This document shows, one piece after another, positions 17,440 to 26,848 of a DNA stretch of 64,000 bases. Numbering within the stretch: the first letter of the stretch is position 1; each line of letters opens with the position of its first letter. This DNA is from Acetobacteraceae bacterium. GTDB lineage: Bacteria > Pseudomonadota > Alphaproteobacteria > Acetobacterales > Acetobacteraceae. The translations under genes were made by a program, and so were the position numbers. Location: contig CBDAQC010000002.1 in NCBI GenBank assembly GCA_965198915.1, positions 1,053,284 to 1,117,283 on the forward strand. The letters are read 5' to 3'. Under the pieces are notes generated by a model. It was not told the DNA's origin, did not search any database, and saw only the letters and a program-made list of their open reading frames with translations.

Positions 17440-18900
17440 ATGCAAATCGGCGAAATCCTGGTAGCGCAAGGCCTGGTCAGCCTGGCCGACATGGCCACCG
17501 CGCACGAACGCCACCGCCGCGCCGGCGGGCGGCTGTCGGACGTGCTGATTGAGATGCGCCTGCTCTCCCAGGATGCGCTGCTGGGCGCACAGGAGCAGGT
17601 GAGCGCCACCGCACCGCTGCAGCCGCGCAGCCTGGCCGAGACGGGCGTGAACACGCAAAATCTGCTGGGCCTGATGCTGCGCTTCATGGCGCTGGAGTCA
17701 CGCGAGACCGCGGCCGAGATCATGGCGGCCATGAAGCTGCCCTACGGCATCGTGGAACGGCTGCTGGACGAGGCGCGCAACAGGAGCTGGGTGCAGGCGA
17801 TGGGCATCGGGTTGACGGGCCATGCCGCGGAGCCGCGCTACACGCTGAGCCAGGAAGGGCGCAGCGCATTGGCGGACGCAATGCTGCAGAGCCTGTATAT
17901 CGGCCCGGCACCTGTGCCGCTGGAGGTGTTCCAGGCGCAAGTGATGCGGCAACGCCTGGTGCGCGAGCGGCTGACCGCCGCTTCGTTGCGTAGCGGGATG
18001 GGCGGGCTGGCGATGCCCGACCACTTCCTGCGCAAGCTGCTGCCGGCGATCAACGCCGGCAGCTCGATCCTGCTGTTCGGGCCGCCCGGTAACGGCAAGA
18101 CGAGCGTGGCCTCGCGCATCGCCGCGCTGTTCCGCGAAGTGATCTACGTGCCGTACGCGGTGGAGATCGCGGGCCAGGTCATGCGCGTGTTCGACCCTGG
18201 GCTGCACATGCCGGTGGTCAGCGAGGAGGACCGCGCGCTGCTTGGCAGCGAGGGGCTGACGAGCGTGGCCTTCGACGACCGTTTCGCCCTCTGCCGCCGG
18301 CCTTTCGCCATGGCGGGCGGCGAGCTGACGATGGAAATGCTGGACCTGCAGTTCGACACGCACACGAAGTTCTATGACGCGCCGCTGCACGTGAAGGCGC
18401 TGGGTGGCGTGTTCCTGATCGACGATTTCGGCCGCCAGCGCATGGATCCGAAGGAGCTGCTGAACCGCTGGATCGTGCCGATGGAAAGCCGGGTGGATTA
18501 CCTGAAGCTGCATTCCGGCAAGAGCTTCAGCTTCCCCTTCGACGAGCTGCTGATCTTTTCGACCAATATCGATCCCAAGGAGATCATGGATCCGGCGCTG
18601 CTGCGGCGTATCCCCTACAAGATCAAGCTGTTCGCACCTGAGATGGACGAGTATCGCGCCATCTTTGCAATCGAGGCGGAGAAGCGCGGGCTGACGCTCG
18701 CGGACGGCTTGGTGGATTACGCGGCCTCTCTGCTCCTGAAAGGTGGGTTCGGGCTTGCGTATTTCCAGCCGAAATTCGTCTGCGAGCAGGCGGCGGAGAT
18801 GTGCCAGTCGTTCGGATTGGAGATGGTGGTGACGCGGGAGCTGGCGGCGGAGGCGTTGTCAAATTTATACGTGCAGATCGCGGATTTGGCGGGGGAGTGA
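17440..18900 (+). CDS. AAA+ ATPase with N-terminal MshEN-like repeat
   Basis: Walker A GPPGNGKT, Walker B VFLIDD, DPALLRRIPYKI. N-terminus QIGEILVAQGLVS...RLSDVLIEMRLLS. ATG at 17440. Confidence 0.8.
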   Translation: MQIGEILVAQGLVSLADMATAHERHRRAGGRLSDVLIEMRLLSQDALLGAQEQVSATAPLQPRSLAETGVNTQNLLGLMLRFMALESRETAAEIMAAMKLPYGIVERLLDEARNRSWVQAMGIGLTGHAAEPRYTLSQEGRSALADAMLQSLYIGPAPVPLEVFQAQVMRQRLVRERLTAASLRSGMGGLAMPDHFLRKLLPAINAGSSILLFGPPGNGKTSVASRIAALFREVIYVPYAVEIAGQVMRVFDPGLHMPVVSEEDRALLGSEGLTSVAFDDRFALCRRPFAMAGGELTMEMLDLQFDTHTKFYDAPLHVKALGGVFLIDDFGRQRMDPKELLNRWIVPMESRVDYLKLHSGKSFSFPFDELLIFSTNIDPKEIMDPALLRRIPYKIKLFAPEMDEYRAIFAIEAEKRGLTLADGLVDYAASLLLKGGFGLAYFQPKFVCEQAAEMCQSFGLEMVVTRELAAEALSNLYVQIADLAGE

Positions 18901-18904
18901 GAAA

Positions 18905-19090
18905 GGCCTTCTTTTTTGGAGACAGAAGCAACATTCTCAACCGATGGATTGCAGCGCGTCAGAATCGATTGCGTGAAGAATTATTGTGTCAAGCAAGAAT
19001 CGCCAGTAATAAGCAACCGAGCACGTGCTGTCTCCACATGCCGCGACAGCGCTGGCATTCTTTGCTTCTTCTTTTCAGAAAAGACGGTTT
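18905..19090. repeat. Family-1 doublet, degenerate, with long AT-rich spacer
   Basis: GGCCTTCTTTTTTGGAGACAGAAGC ... CCGCGACAGCGC...TTTGCTTCTTCTTTTCAGAAAAGACGG, between convergent stops. Confidence 0.7.
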
Positions 19091-19091
19091 G

Positions 19092-20546
19092 CTATCCTCC
19101 CGACCCCACCCGCTCGAACCGCGCCCGGTCCGCCGGAAGCAGCCGCACCGTCACATGCGCCGCCTGCTCGTCATCCTCGCGGCCGATCACTTCGCCATGC
19201 TCGTACAGCCAGGCCAGCCGCGCCCCATCCGAGTGCTCGATGTCGTAATCCGCCTGCTCCATGCCGGCGGCAATCCGCGCGTCCAGCATGGCCTTCAGCG
19301 CGTCCAGGCCCTCGCCGGTGATCGCAGATACCGCAACGCTGCCGGGCTTGGCCGGCAAAGCGTGCGCGCCGCCCAGCAAATCCGCCTTGTTCAGCACCTC
19401 GATCGTCCGGTCGCCGAAATCCTCGTCCAGCGTGCCGTCTTTGGCCATGCCGTCCAGCACCGCCAGCACGTCGGCGCGCTGCGCGGCGCTGTCCGGGTGC
19501 GCCGCGTCGCGTACGTGCAGGATCACGTCCGCCTCGGCCACCTCCTCCAGCGTGGCGCGGAAAGCCGCCACCAGTTCTGTCGGCAGCTCGCTGATGAAGC
19601 CTACGGTGTCGGACAGGATCACGCGCCGGCCGCTCGGCAGCACCAGCCCGCGCATCGTCGGATCAAGTGTTGCGAACAGCTGGTCCTGCGCGTGCACTTC
19701 GGCGCCGGTCAGCGCGTTGAACAGGGTGGATTTGCCGGCGTTCGTGTAGCCCACCAGCGCCACCATGGGGAACGGCACGCGCTTGCGGGCGCTGCGGTGC
19801 AGGCCGCGCGTCCGGCGCACCTGCTCCAGCTCGCGCTTCAGCTTCACGATCCGGTCGGTGATCAGCCTTCGGTCCGCCTCGATCTGCGTCTCGCCGGGGC
19901 CGCCCAGGAAGCCGAAGCCGCCGCGCTGGCGTTCCAGATGGGTCCAGGACCGCACCAGGCGCGAGCGCTGGTAGTCCAGATGCGCCAGTTCCACCTGCAG
20001 CGAGCCTTCGCGTGTCACGGCGCGCTCGCCGAAGATGTCCAGGATCAGGCCGGTGCGGTCGATCACCTTGCAGCCCCAGTTACGCTCCAGGTTGCGCTGC
20101 TGCACCGGGCTTAACGCCGCATCGACGATGGCCACGGTCACCTGTGCTTCGGCAAGATGGGCCTTCTCCGCCTCCATCTGCCCGGAGCCGAGCAGGGTAG
20201 AAGGCCTGCGGCCGCGCAGCGGCAGTATGGAGGTATGCACGACGACGAGGCCGATGGAGGCTGCGAGCCCGACTGCCTCCGCAAGCCTCGCCTCTGCTGC
20301 CCGGGATGGGTCTACCCCGGTGCGCTCGGCCGAGCTCGGCCGTTCCCAGGGCAAGATGACCGCGGCGCGCGTAGGCGCCGGCCGGCCGGCATGCGTGCGC
20401 TCCGGGCGCAGCACCGCCGTGTCCTGTTCGACAGCCGTGGTCTCACCGACCGTTCCGGGATCCTCGCCAGAAATCCCGGAGCCTTCGTCAGAAATCGCTT
20501 TCGGCAGGACTATCCTCCTTGGCCGCCGCGCCCTCCCTGGCTGCAT
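19092..20546 (-). CDS. hflX: GTPase HflX (start uncertain)
   Basis: [50 protein letters not shown] (G1), [17 protein letters not shown]. Downstream of hfq. Confidence 0.95.
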   Translation of the reverse strand: MQPGRARRPRRIVLPKAISDEGSGISGEDPGTVGETTAVEQDTAVLRPERTHAGRPAPTRAAVILPWERPSSAERTGVDPSRAAEARLAEAVGLAASIGLVVVHTSILPLRGRRPSTLLGSGQMEAEKAHLAEAQVTVAIVDAALSPVQQRNLERNWGCKVIDRTGLILDIFGERAVTREGSLQVELAHLDYQRSRLVRSWTHLERQRGGFGFLGGPGETQIEADRRLITDRIVKLKRELEQVRRTRGLHRSARKRVPFPMVALVGYTNAGKSTLFNALTGAEVHAQDQLFATLDPTMRGLVLPSGRRVILSDTVGFISELPTELVAAFRATLEEVAEADVILHVRDAAHPDSAAQRADVLAVLDGMAKDGTLDEDFGDRTIEVLNKADLLGGAHALPAKPGSVAVSAITGEGLDALKAMLDARIAAGMEQADYDIEHSDGARLAWLYEHGEVIGREDDEQAAHVTVRLLPADRARFERVGSGG

Positions 20547-20769
20547 CGAACAGCTGAATGGGCGCGCCCGGCATGACGGTGCTTATGGCGTGTTTGTAGA
20601 CTAGCTGCGTGTGGCCGTCCCGGCGCAGCAGCACGGAAAAATTATCGAACCAGGTGATGATGCCCTGCAGCTTCACACCGTTTATCAGGAACACCGTCAC
20701 CGGCGTCTTGGCCTTGCGCACGTGATTGAGGAAAACGTCCTGCACGTTTTGCGGTTTTTCAGCAGCCAC
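20488..20769 (-). CDS. hfq: RNA chaperone Hfq
   Basis: [13 protein letters not shown]...[13 protein letters not shown]...DNFSVLL...[14 protein letters not shown] at 20769. Confidence 0.97.
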   Translation of the reverse strand: MAAEKPQNVQDVFLNHVRKAKTPVTVFLINGVKLQGIITWFDNFSVLLRRDGHTQLVYKHAISTVMPGAPIQLFDAAREGAAAKEDSPAESDF

Positions 20770-20937
20770 GAGGTTTGCCCTTCTTGTTTGCGCGGCCCTG
20801 CGTTGGTGCGGGCCGTGTCGACCGTTGACCCTGCAAACCCCATGCCGGGCTGTGCGAGCCTTAAGTTCGTTGCATCGCAACGTAGGCAGTTCCGTGGGAA
20901 AAAGAACTGAAAACGTCCCTCGCCCGGCGGATAGCGC

Positions 20938-21792
20938 CTATGCAGCAGCCACCCGGCGCGCCATCAACTCGAAAAGCATCCGTGCCACCGGGCCGGTCTT
21001 GCCCGTGCCCACCACCGTGCCGTCCAGCTGCAGGACCGGCTTCAGGAACGAGGTCGCTGAGGTCAGGAACACCTCGCGCGCGGCACGCAGCTCTGCCAGC
21101 GAAAACGCCCGTTCTTCAAGCACCACGCCGGCGCGCTGCATCTCCTCGATCAGCGCAGCCCGCGTGCAGCCGGGCAAAATGGCGTGGCTCAACGGCCGGG
21201 TGCGCAAGGTGCCGTCCGCGTCCACGATCCAGACCGAGGTGGACGCGCCCTCTGTCACCATCGCGTCCTCGTCGTACAGTATCGCTTCGCCGGCGCCCTG
21301 CACGCGCGCCGCCTGGCGCGCCAGCACGTTCGGCAGCAGCCCCACAGACTTGATGTCGCACCTGTCCCAACGCTGGTCCGGCAGTGTAACGGCGCTTATC
21401 GACCAGCCATCCAGGCTTTGCGGAAATGCCGGGGCGCGATGGAGCGTCACCACCAGTGCCGGCCTGGTGCCGGGGGCGGGAAACGCGTGCTCCCGCTTGG
21501 CCACACCGCGGGTGACCTGGATGTAGAGCAGGCCGGCGCGGCGGCGGTTGCGCGCGACGACCTCGCCCAGCACCACCGCCAGCGCCCGGCGTGCCACGGG
21601 CCAGCGTATCTGCAGCTCTCGCAGGCTGCGCGCGAGGCGGTCCAGATGCAGGTCCAGGTCGATCAGCCGGCCGCCATGCAAATAGGCGACCTCGTACACG
21701 CCGTCGGCGAACTGGTAGCCGCGATCCTCAATATGCACCACGGCCTGTGCGTGAGGTACGTAGCGGCCGTTCACGTAGGCTATGCGGCTCAT
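20938..21792 (-). CDS. dat: D-amino-acid transaminase (aminotransferase class IV)
   Basis: YVNGRYV, IEDRGYQFADGVYEV, RCDIKSVGLLPNVLA (PLP Lys), TEGASTS, ILPGCTR, EVFLTSAT. Confidence 0.88.
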   Translation of the reverse strand: MSRIAYVNGRYVPHAQAVVHIEDRGYQFADGVYEVAYLHGGRLIDLDLHLDRLARSLRELQIRWPVARRALAVVLGEVVARNRRRAGLLYIQVTRGVAKREHAFPAPGTRPALVVTLHRAPAFPQSLDGWSISAVTLPDQRWDRCDIKSVGLLPNVLARQAARVQGAGEAILYDEDAMVTEGASTSVWIVDADGTLRTRPLSHAILPGCTRAALIEEMQRAGVVLEERAFSLAELRAAREVFLTSATSFLKPVLQLDGTVVGTGKTGPVARMLFELMARRVAAA

Positions 21793-21800
21793 GAGGCAGG

Positions 21801-21835
21801 AAAGCCTTCTTTCTCGACGAGAAGAAGCAGGATCT
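21801..21835. repeat. Family-1 repeat, degenerate single arm
   Basis: AAGCCTTCTTTCTCGACGAGAAGAAGCAGG immediately upstream of the dat start. Confidence 0.55.
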
Positions 21836-21924
21836 CTGCGTCCCCGCTGCCGGCGCGGCGGGCATCCCCTGCCTCAGCCGACGCCCGCGATACAGAAAAG
21901 CAAGCTCCCTTGCGCCCATTCACG

Positions 21925-22410
21925 TCAAGCCGCGTCTTCAGCCCCGTCCTGCCCGGCCTGTTCCACGTAGGCCGGCGCTGGGCCGTTCGCCATCGGCGGC
22001 TGCTCCTCGCCTTCCTGCCCGTCGCGCTCGCGCCTTGGCTGGCCGTTCTGATACTGGCCATTCTGCTGGTGGCCCTGATGCTGCGGCTGGCCGCCATGCG
22101 CCTGGGCGTTCTGCTGGCTGGCCTGGTTGATGGCATTCAGGATGCGAAAGTAATGCTCGGCATATTGGAAGTAACTTTCCGCCATGACGCGGTCGCCTGA
22201 CCCCGTCGCATCACGCCCGAGCTGCAGGTATTTCTCGAACAGTTGCTGTGCCGTGCCGCGAATACGCAGATCCGGCCCGCTGCTGTCGAAGACATGGTTC
22301 CTGTTGAGCGGGATGTTGCCGCCATACTGGCGTGGGCTTCCGCCCCCGCCGCCACCACCGCCGCCGCCACCGTTACGATGGGAGCGTCCGCGCATGCGTT
22401 TCATGTTCAT
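21925..22410 (-). CDS. DUF4167 domain protein
   Basis: MKRMRGR, poly-Gly run, NHVFDSSGPDLRIRGTAQQLFEKYLQLGRDA...DRVMAESYFQYAEHYFRI. Downstream of prmC as is usual in alphaproteobacteria. Confidence 0.9.
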   Translation of the reverse strand: MNMKRMRGRSHRNGGGGGGGGGGGSPRQYGGNIPLNRNHVFDSSGPDLRIRGTAQQLFEKYLQLGRDATGSGDRVMAESYFQYAEHYFRILNAINQASQQNAQAHGGQPQHQGHQQNGQYQNGQPRRERDGQEGEEQPPMANGPAPAYVEQAGQDGAEDAA

Positions 22411-22663
22411 CCGATTACAATGTGCTTCCCTGTTGCAGCGCCGGCCCGTTCGGCTGCGGCCGGAAAGGGCTGCGAGCGAAACCTTCTATGGGCGGTCACC
22501 AGTTTGCCTTGCGGCTACGAACCATGGTCAGGTGGCCGAATCGGCCCTGTCCGACACCTAGTTCCGCAACGTGCCCGTGGCCGTAGCAAGTAAAATCCAC
22601 ATTGGGCACGCATCCGCGCGCGGCCGGACCCTAACCCGAAGCGGCGGTCCTGCCAAACATTTT

Positions 22664-23539
22664 CTATGCCGCCCCCGCACGCGTGAGTACCACGGCCCGT
22701 GCGATCCCGCCGAGATCGGCCCTGGCTTCCAGCTGGGCGAGATCGGCCCGTGCCGCAAGCCCGCGCACAGCTTCGTCCTGCCCGGCGCCCACTTCCAGCA
22801 CCGCCACGCCGCGCCGGTCCAGCAGGTTCGGCAGAGCGGGCAACAGGCGCCGGTAGGCGTCCAGCCCTTCTGCGCCGCCATCGAGGGCGCAAGCAGGCTC
22901 GAACAGCCGCACCTCAGGCATCAGCCCCGCCAGCGCGCGGGTTTCGATATAGGGCGGATTGCACAGGATAAGGTCGAATTGGCCGCGCAACGCGGCTGCC
23001 CAGTCGCCGGCCAGGAAGGCGCATCGGGCCGCCATCCCGTTGGCCGCCGAATTGCGCGCAGCCAGGCGGCACGCTGCCGGTGACAGATCCACACCCACCC
23101 CGAACGCGTCCGGGCAGGCAGACAGCACGGCGAGCAGCAGGCAGCCCGTGCCGGTGCCAAGATCCAGCACGCGTCTTGCCGCCGGCGCATGTGCCAGTGC
23201 CGCTTCAACCAGCGTCTCGCTATCCGGCCGCGGCACCAGCGTGTCCGGCGAGACCTCCAGCTCCAGGGTCCAGAAGCCGCGCCGGCCGGTGATAAGCGCC
23301 AGCGGCTCCCGCGCTGCACGCCTTGCAACCAGGCGAGCATACGATGCTTGGCCGATCTGCCCGGCCGGATCCAGCAGCTGGCCCGGCGGCAGGCCAAGCA
23401 GGTGAGCCGCGAGCAGGCGTGCCTCGCGCCGCGGCTGCTCCACGCCGGCATCTTGCAGAAGCCGGCACGCCCAGGCGAGTGCGGCGCCGAGCGGCATCGC
23501 CTTTTCCGGCGCTGCTGCGTTATCCTGCGCTGCAAGCAC
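22664..23539 (-). CDS. prmC: Release factor glutamine methyltransferase
   Basis: REPLALITG, TLVPRPDSETLVE, VLDLGTGTGCLL, ILCNPPYI, ALDGGAEGL. The start is uncertain (GTG 23539 or ATG 23497). Confidence 0.92.
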   Translation of the reverse strand: MLAAQDNAAAPEKAMPLGAALAWACRLLQDAGVEQPRREARLLAAHLLGLPPGQLLDPAGQIGQASYARLVARRAAREPLALITGRRGFWTLELEVSPDTLVPRPDSETLVEAALAHAPAARRVLDLGTGTGCLLLAVLSACPDAFGVGVDLSPAACRLAARNSAANGMAARCAFLAGDWAAALRGQFDLILCNPPYIETRALAGLMPEVRLFEPACALDGGAEGLDAYRRLLPALPNLLDRRGVAVLEVGAGQDEAVRGLAARADLAQLEARADLGGIARAVVLTRAGAA

Positions 23540-23556
23540 AGGATCATGAGGCGTAG

Positions 23557-24018
23557 ATGCGTCTGCCGAACCCATTCCTAATCCTGTCCGCCGCCTTGCT
23601 GGCAAGCCTGCCCGCCGCCGCCGGCGCGGTGGGCAGCACGGTCAGCTTCCACATCTCCGACGAGACCGACCCCGCCGAGATCACCGAGGCCACGACGGTG
23701 TTCATCAACGGCCAGCTCGTGGCGCATTTCGAGCTTTCCGCCACCCACCCATCCGGCAACGTGGCGGTCACCGTTCCGGCAGCGGACCGCTATGAATATG
23801 CGCTGTGCGGCCGCATCACCATACGCGCGGCAGACGGACACAGCGAAACCCATGTGCTGGACGACGGCGCCACGATGACCGACCCTGCCGGACGCAACCT
23901 GGAAGCGCTGGCATCCGACGGGTTCACCACCTTCTTCCTTGCGGAGCGAAGCGCTGGGCCGGCCGGGGCGCCCACGGACCTGCACAAAACGAATGTCTGT
24001 GCGATCCCCACGTCGTAG
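23557..24018 (+). CDS. Hypothetical secreted protein
   Basis: Signal peptide (FLILSAALLASLPAAAGA), beta-rich mature region with two Cys. Confidence 0.65.
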   Translation: MRLPNPFLILSAALLASLPAAAGAVGSTVSFHISDETDPAEITEATTVFINGQLVAHFELSATHPSGNVAVTVPAADRYEYALCGRITIRAADGHSETHVLDDGATMTDPAGRNLEALASDGFTTFFLAERSAGPAGAPTDLHKTNVCAIPTS

Positions 24019-24092
24019 GAGAGAACGGGCGCTGCCCGTCCGAAAAGCAGCAGGGGCGTCGAGACGCGCCGAAGCGCGCCTGCCGGGGCGCG

Positions 24093-25082
24093 CTAGAACT
24101 TCGCCGAAAGCGCCAGGGAGCCGAAGTTGAACAGCGATTTCTCGTGCTTGAACTCCGAACTCTGCCAGGTCTGCGTGTAGGTCAACCGCACCCCGTAATA
24201 CAGGACGGCCAGCCCGCCCTCGAACTCGCCCACATCCCAGATGTGGTGAACGTCACGTGAGTCGCTGCGAAACGTGCTGCCGTCCAGGGTGACGTCATAG
24301 CCCACCGCCTGGCCGTCCGCGCCGGCGAACGCGTACCAGGCAAACGGCCGCGCGTTGGTATAGGCGTCCGAGCCGTTCAGCCCGGGCTCGATGCGCGCCG
24401 TGCCGAAATCGCTCTGCAGCCCCTGCCCGAAGCGCAGCACCCCGCCCACCTGAACGTAGTCGCGTATGTCGCCTATGCTGACGGTGGCCGAGGGCAGCGC
24501 ATCGGTCTCGAACGGCCCGAACTGCGCCACCGGAATGCGGTAGGTGCGCTGGCCGAGCAACTGGAAGGCCGGCTGGTCGGGCAACTGGTAATGCCAGCCG
24601 CGGTTCTGCGTATCGCCGATGATGCTGTGGAAGCCGTTCTGCACCTCTTCGCCCAGCGCCGCCGGTCCCACCACGCCCAGGCTCAGGCTGACAAGGTCGC
24701 GGGAGCTCGCAGTGTCATGCACCAGCCCGGCGGTGGCGATCAGCACGCCGGCATAAGGGTGGTCATCCACAGGCGGCGGGCTCAGCTGGGTGTCGCGCGG
24801 CGTGAAGATGCTCTGGCTGATCTCCAGGCTTAGCCGGGTGGTTCCGTCGCCCCAGATGTTGCGTCCCAGCGCGGCCACCGGGCCCACCACGTCCTGCCCG
24901 CTCGTCCAGCCGAGCCGCAGGCCGCTGGTGTAATACTGATCCGAGGTGCCCTTCAGCGTCGATACCGCGTCGTTCTCCACCTGGATGGTGTAGATGCTGT
25001 CCTGGTCCAGCGGCGGCGCGGCGATGGCGGCGCCGCTCGCCAGCACGGAGGTCAGGGTCAGGCACCAGGTGCGAACGCGCAT
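24093..25082 (-). CDS. LpxR-family lipid A deacylase-like outer-membrane beta-barrel
   Basis: Signal peptide, VENDA...SDQYYTSGLRL, SQSIFTP, HPYAG, LGVVGPAALGEEVQNGFH, GWHYQL; ends FGSLALSAKF. ATG at 25082. Confidence 0.8.
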   Translation of the reverse strand: MRVRTWCLTLTSVLASGAAIAAPPLDQDSIYTIQVENDAVSTLKGTSDQYYTSGLRLGWTSGQDVVGPVAALGRNIWGDGTTRLSLEISQSIFTPRDTQLSPPPVDDHPYAGVLIATAGLVHDTASSRDLVSLSLGVVGPAALGEEVQNGFHSIIGDTQNRGWHYQLPDQPAFQLLGQRTYRIPVAQFGPFETDALPSATVSIGDIRDYVQVGGVLRFGQGLQSDFGTARIEPGLNGSDAYTNARPFAWYAFAGADGQAVGYDVTLDGSTFRSDSRDVHHIWDVGEFEGGLAVLYYGVRLTYTQTWQSSEFKHEKSLFNFGSLALSAKF

Positions 25083-25140
25083 GCTTGCTTCCACTTCACA
25101 GATCGCCGGCGGGTTTAGGCTGGGGTAGGCGAGGAAGAAA

Positions 25141-25275
25141 GGCCTTCTTTCCTGATAAGAAGCGCTTCGCGCCGCCGCTAGCGCCACGGCGTGCGGCGGT
25201 GCTGCCAGCGGGCGCACCTGCAGACGCGGCATGGATGCTGGGCAGGCTTAGGCGCAAAGTCGTCTTCTTTCTTCC
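25141..25275. repeat. Family-1 doublet, strongly degenerate
   Basis: GGCCTTCTTTCCTGATAAGAAGC ... CAAAGTCGTCTTCTTTCTTCC, between divergent genes. Confidence 0.45.
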
Positions 25276-25293
25276 TCTACCCGGAGTCGGCAC

Positions 25294-26646
25294 ATGCCAG
25301 CCCAGTCCGCGTTCGGCAAAATCACGAACGTGTTCGTCTATCTGTTCGAACGGCTGCTGCCCGATCCGTTCGTCTTCGCCATCCTTCTGACGCTGCTGAC
25401 GGCCGCCCTGGCCTTCCTGCTCGCCCCCCACGCAGCGCCAGGCGAAATACTCACCGCCTGGTATGGCGGCATCTTCCAAATCTTTCAGTTCGCCTTCCAG
25501 ATGGTGCTGATACTTGTCACCGGCTACGCGCTCAGCACGTCGCGCCCGGTGGCCGGGCTGCTGGCCCGCACGGCGCTGCTGCCGCGCACCGCCGGCCAGG
25601 CGGTAGCGCTGACCATGGTCGTCTCGATGGGCGCCAACCTGCTCAACTGGGGCTTCGGCCTGGTCGTATCGGCGCTGTTCGCCCGCCAGATCGCCCGCCG
25701 AGTCAGGGTCGATTTCGCGTGGCTGATGGCGGCGGCCTATGGCGGGTTCCTGATGTTCCCGCCCGGTCTCTCCAGCTCCATAGCGCTGGCCGAGGCCACG
25801 CCGGGCAGCGCACTCAACATCACCCAGAAGATCACCGGCCAGGTCGTCCCGCTGTCGCAGACCCTGCTGCCCTGGTTCAACATCCTCCCCACGCTGCTCA
25901 TCATCGTGGTGCTTCCGGTGATCTTCGTCCGGTCCGGTCCCGCGGAGGCGGACATCATCCCGGCCGATGCCGCCCGGCTGGACGCGGAAGATGCCGAGAC
26001 CGGCCCCCAAGCACATGCCGGCGGGCTGGCCGGCGCGCTGGACCGCGCCTGGATACTCAACGCCGCGATCGTGGCCGCGATCGCCGCCTATGTCGGACGC
26101 GCTCTGGCCCAGGGCGCCTTCCATCTCGACATCAACATGCTGATCCTGATCTTCCTCGGCGCCGGGCTCGCCCTGCACGCGCGGCCTGTCGCCTACGCGG
26201 CCGCCCTGCAGAAAGCCGCCCGCGTCACCGGCCCGCTGCTGCTGCAATATCCGTTCTACGGCGGCATCATGGGCATCATGACGACGACCGGTCTGGCGGG
26301 CGTCATCGCCACGCTGTTCGTGCGGGTCTCCACCCCGCACACCTTGCCGTTCTGGGGCTTCGTCTCGTCCATAATCATCAACCTGTTCGTGCCGAGCGGC
26401 GGCGGCCACTGGGCCGTGCAGGGCCCGTTCATCGTGCCGGCCGCCGCAACCCTGCACGTTCCGCAGGGATTGGCCGCGATGTCGGTGGCCTACGGCGAGT
26501 GCGTGGCCAACATGATACAGCCGTTCTGGGCGCTGCCGCTTCTTGCCATCGCCGGCATCGGCGTTCGCCGCGTGCTGGGGTTCAGCGTGATCAGCTTCCT
26601 GGTGTCACTCTTGGTCTACGGCGCGGCGATGCTGGTATTTGCCTAG
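25294..26646 (+). CDS. Short-chain fatty acid transporter (AtoE/TIGR00366-like)
   Basis: FERLLPDPFVFAILLT, FAFQMVLILVTGY, LNWGFGL, LLQYPFYGGIMGIM, NLFVPSGGGHWAVQGP, NMIQPFWALP. Confidence 0.88.
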   Translation: MPAQSAFGKITNVFVYLFERLLPDPFVFAILLTLLTAALAFLLAPHAAPGEILTAWYGGIFQIFQFAFQMVLILVTGYALSTSRPVAGLLARTALLPRTAGQAVALTMVVSMGANLLNWGFGLVVSALFARQIARRVRVDFAWLMAAAYGGFLMFPPGLSSSIALAEATPGSALNITQKITGQVVPLSQTLLPWFNILPTLLIIVVLPVIFVRSGPAEADIIPADAARLDAEDAETGPQAHAGGLAGALDRAWILNAAIVAAIAAYVGRALAQGAFHLDINMLILIFLGAGLALHARPVAYAAALQKAARVTGPLLLQYPFYGGIMGIMTTTGLAGVIATLFVRVSTPHTLPFWGFVSSIIINLFVPSGGGHWAVQGPFIVPAAATLHVPQGLAAMSVAYGECVANMIQPFWALPLLAIAGIGVRRVLGFSVISFLVSLLVYGAAMLVFA

Positions 26647-26690
26647 GCCCGCGCGAGATGCTGCGCTGCGTGTCCTGGGTGGGTAAAGCA

Positions 26691-26832
26691 GGCCTTCTTT
26701 TCTGAAGAAAAGAAGCAAAAGACGTTTGCTCCTGTCGACGCTGCAACGTAGCGCCAATTCAGAACTGCATCGAAGCTGCAGATGCGGGGAAGCAAAATTT
26801 TTTGGTTCTTTTTTTCAAAAAAGAACTGCTTG
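26691..26832. repeat. Family-1 REPIN-like palindromic doublet
   Basis: GGCCTTCTTTTCTGAAGAAAAGAAGCAAAAGACGTTTG ... GCAAAATTTTTTGGTTCTTTTTTTCAAAAAAGAAC. Confidence 0.8.
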
Positions 26833-26848
26833 CCTTCCTTCTGCCAAC

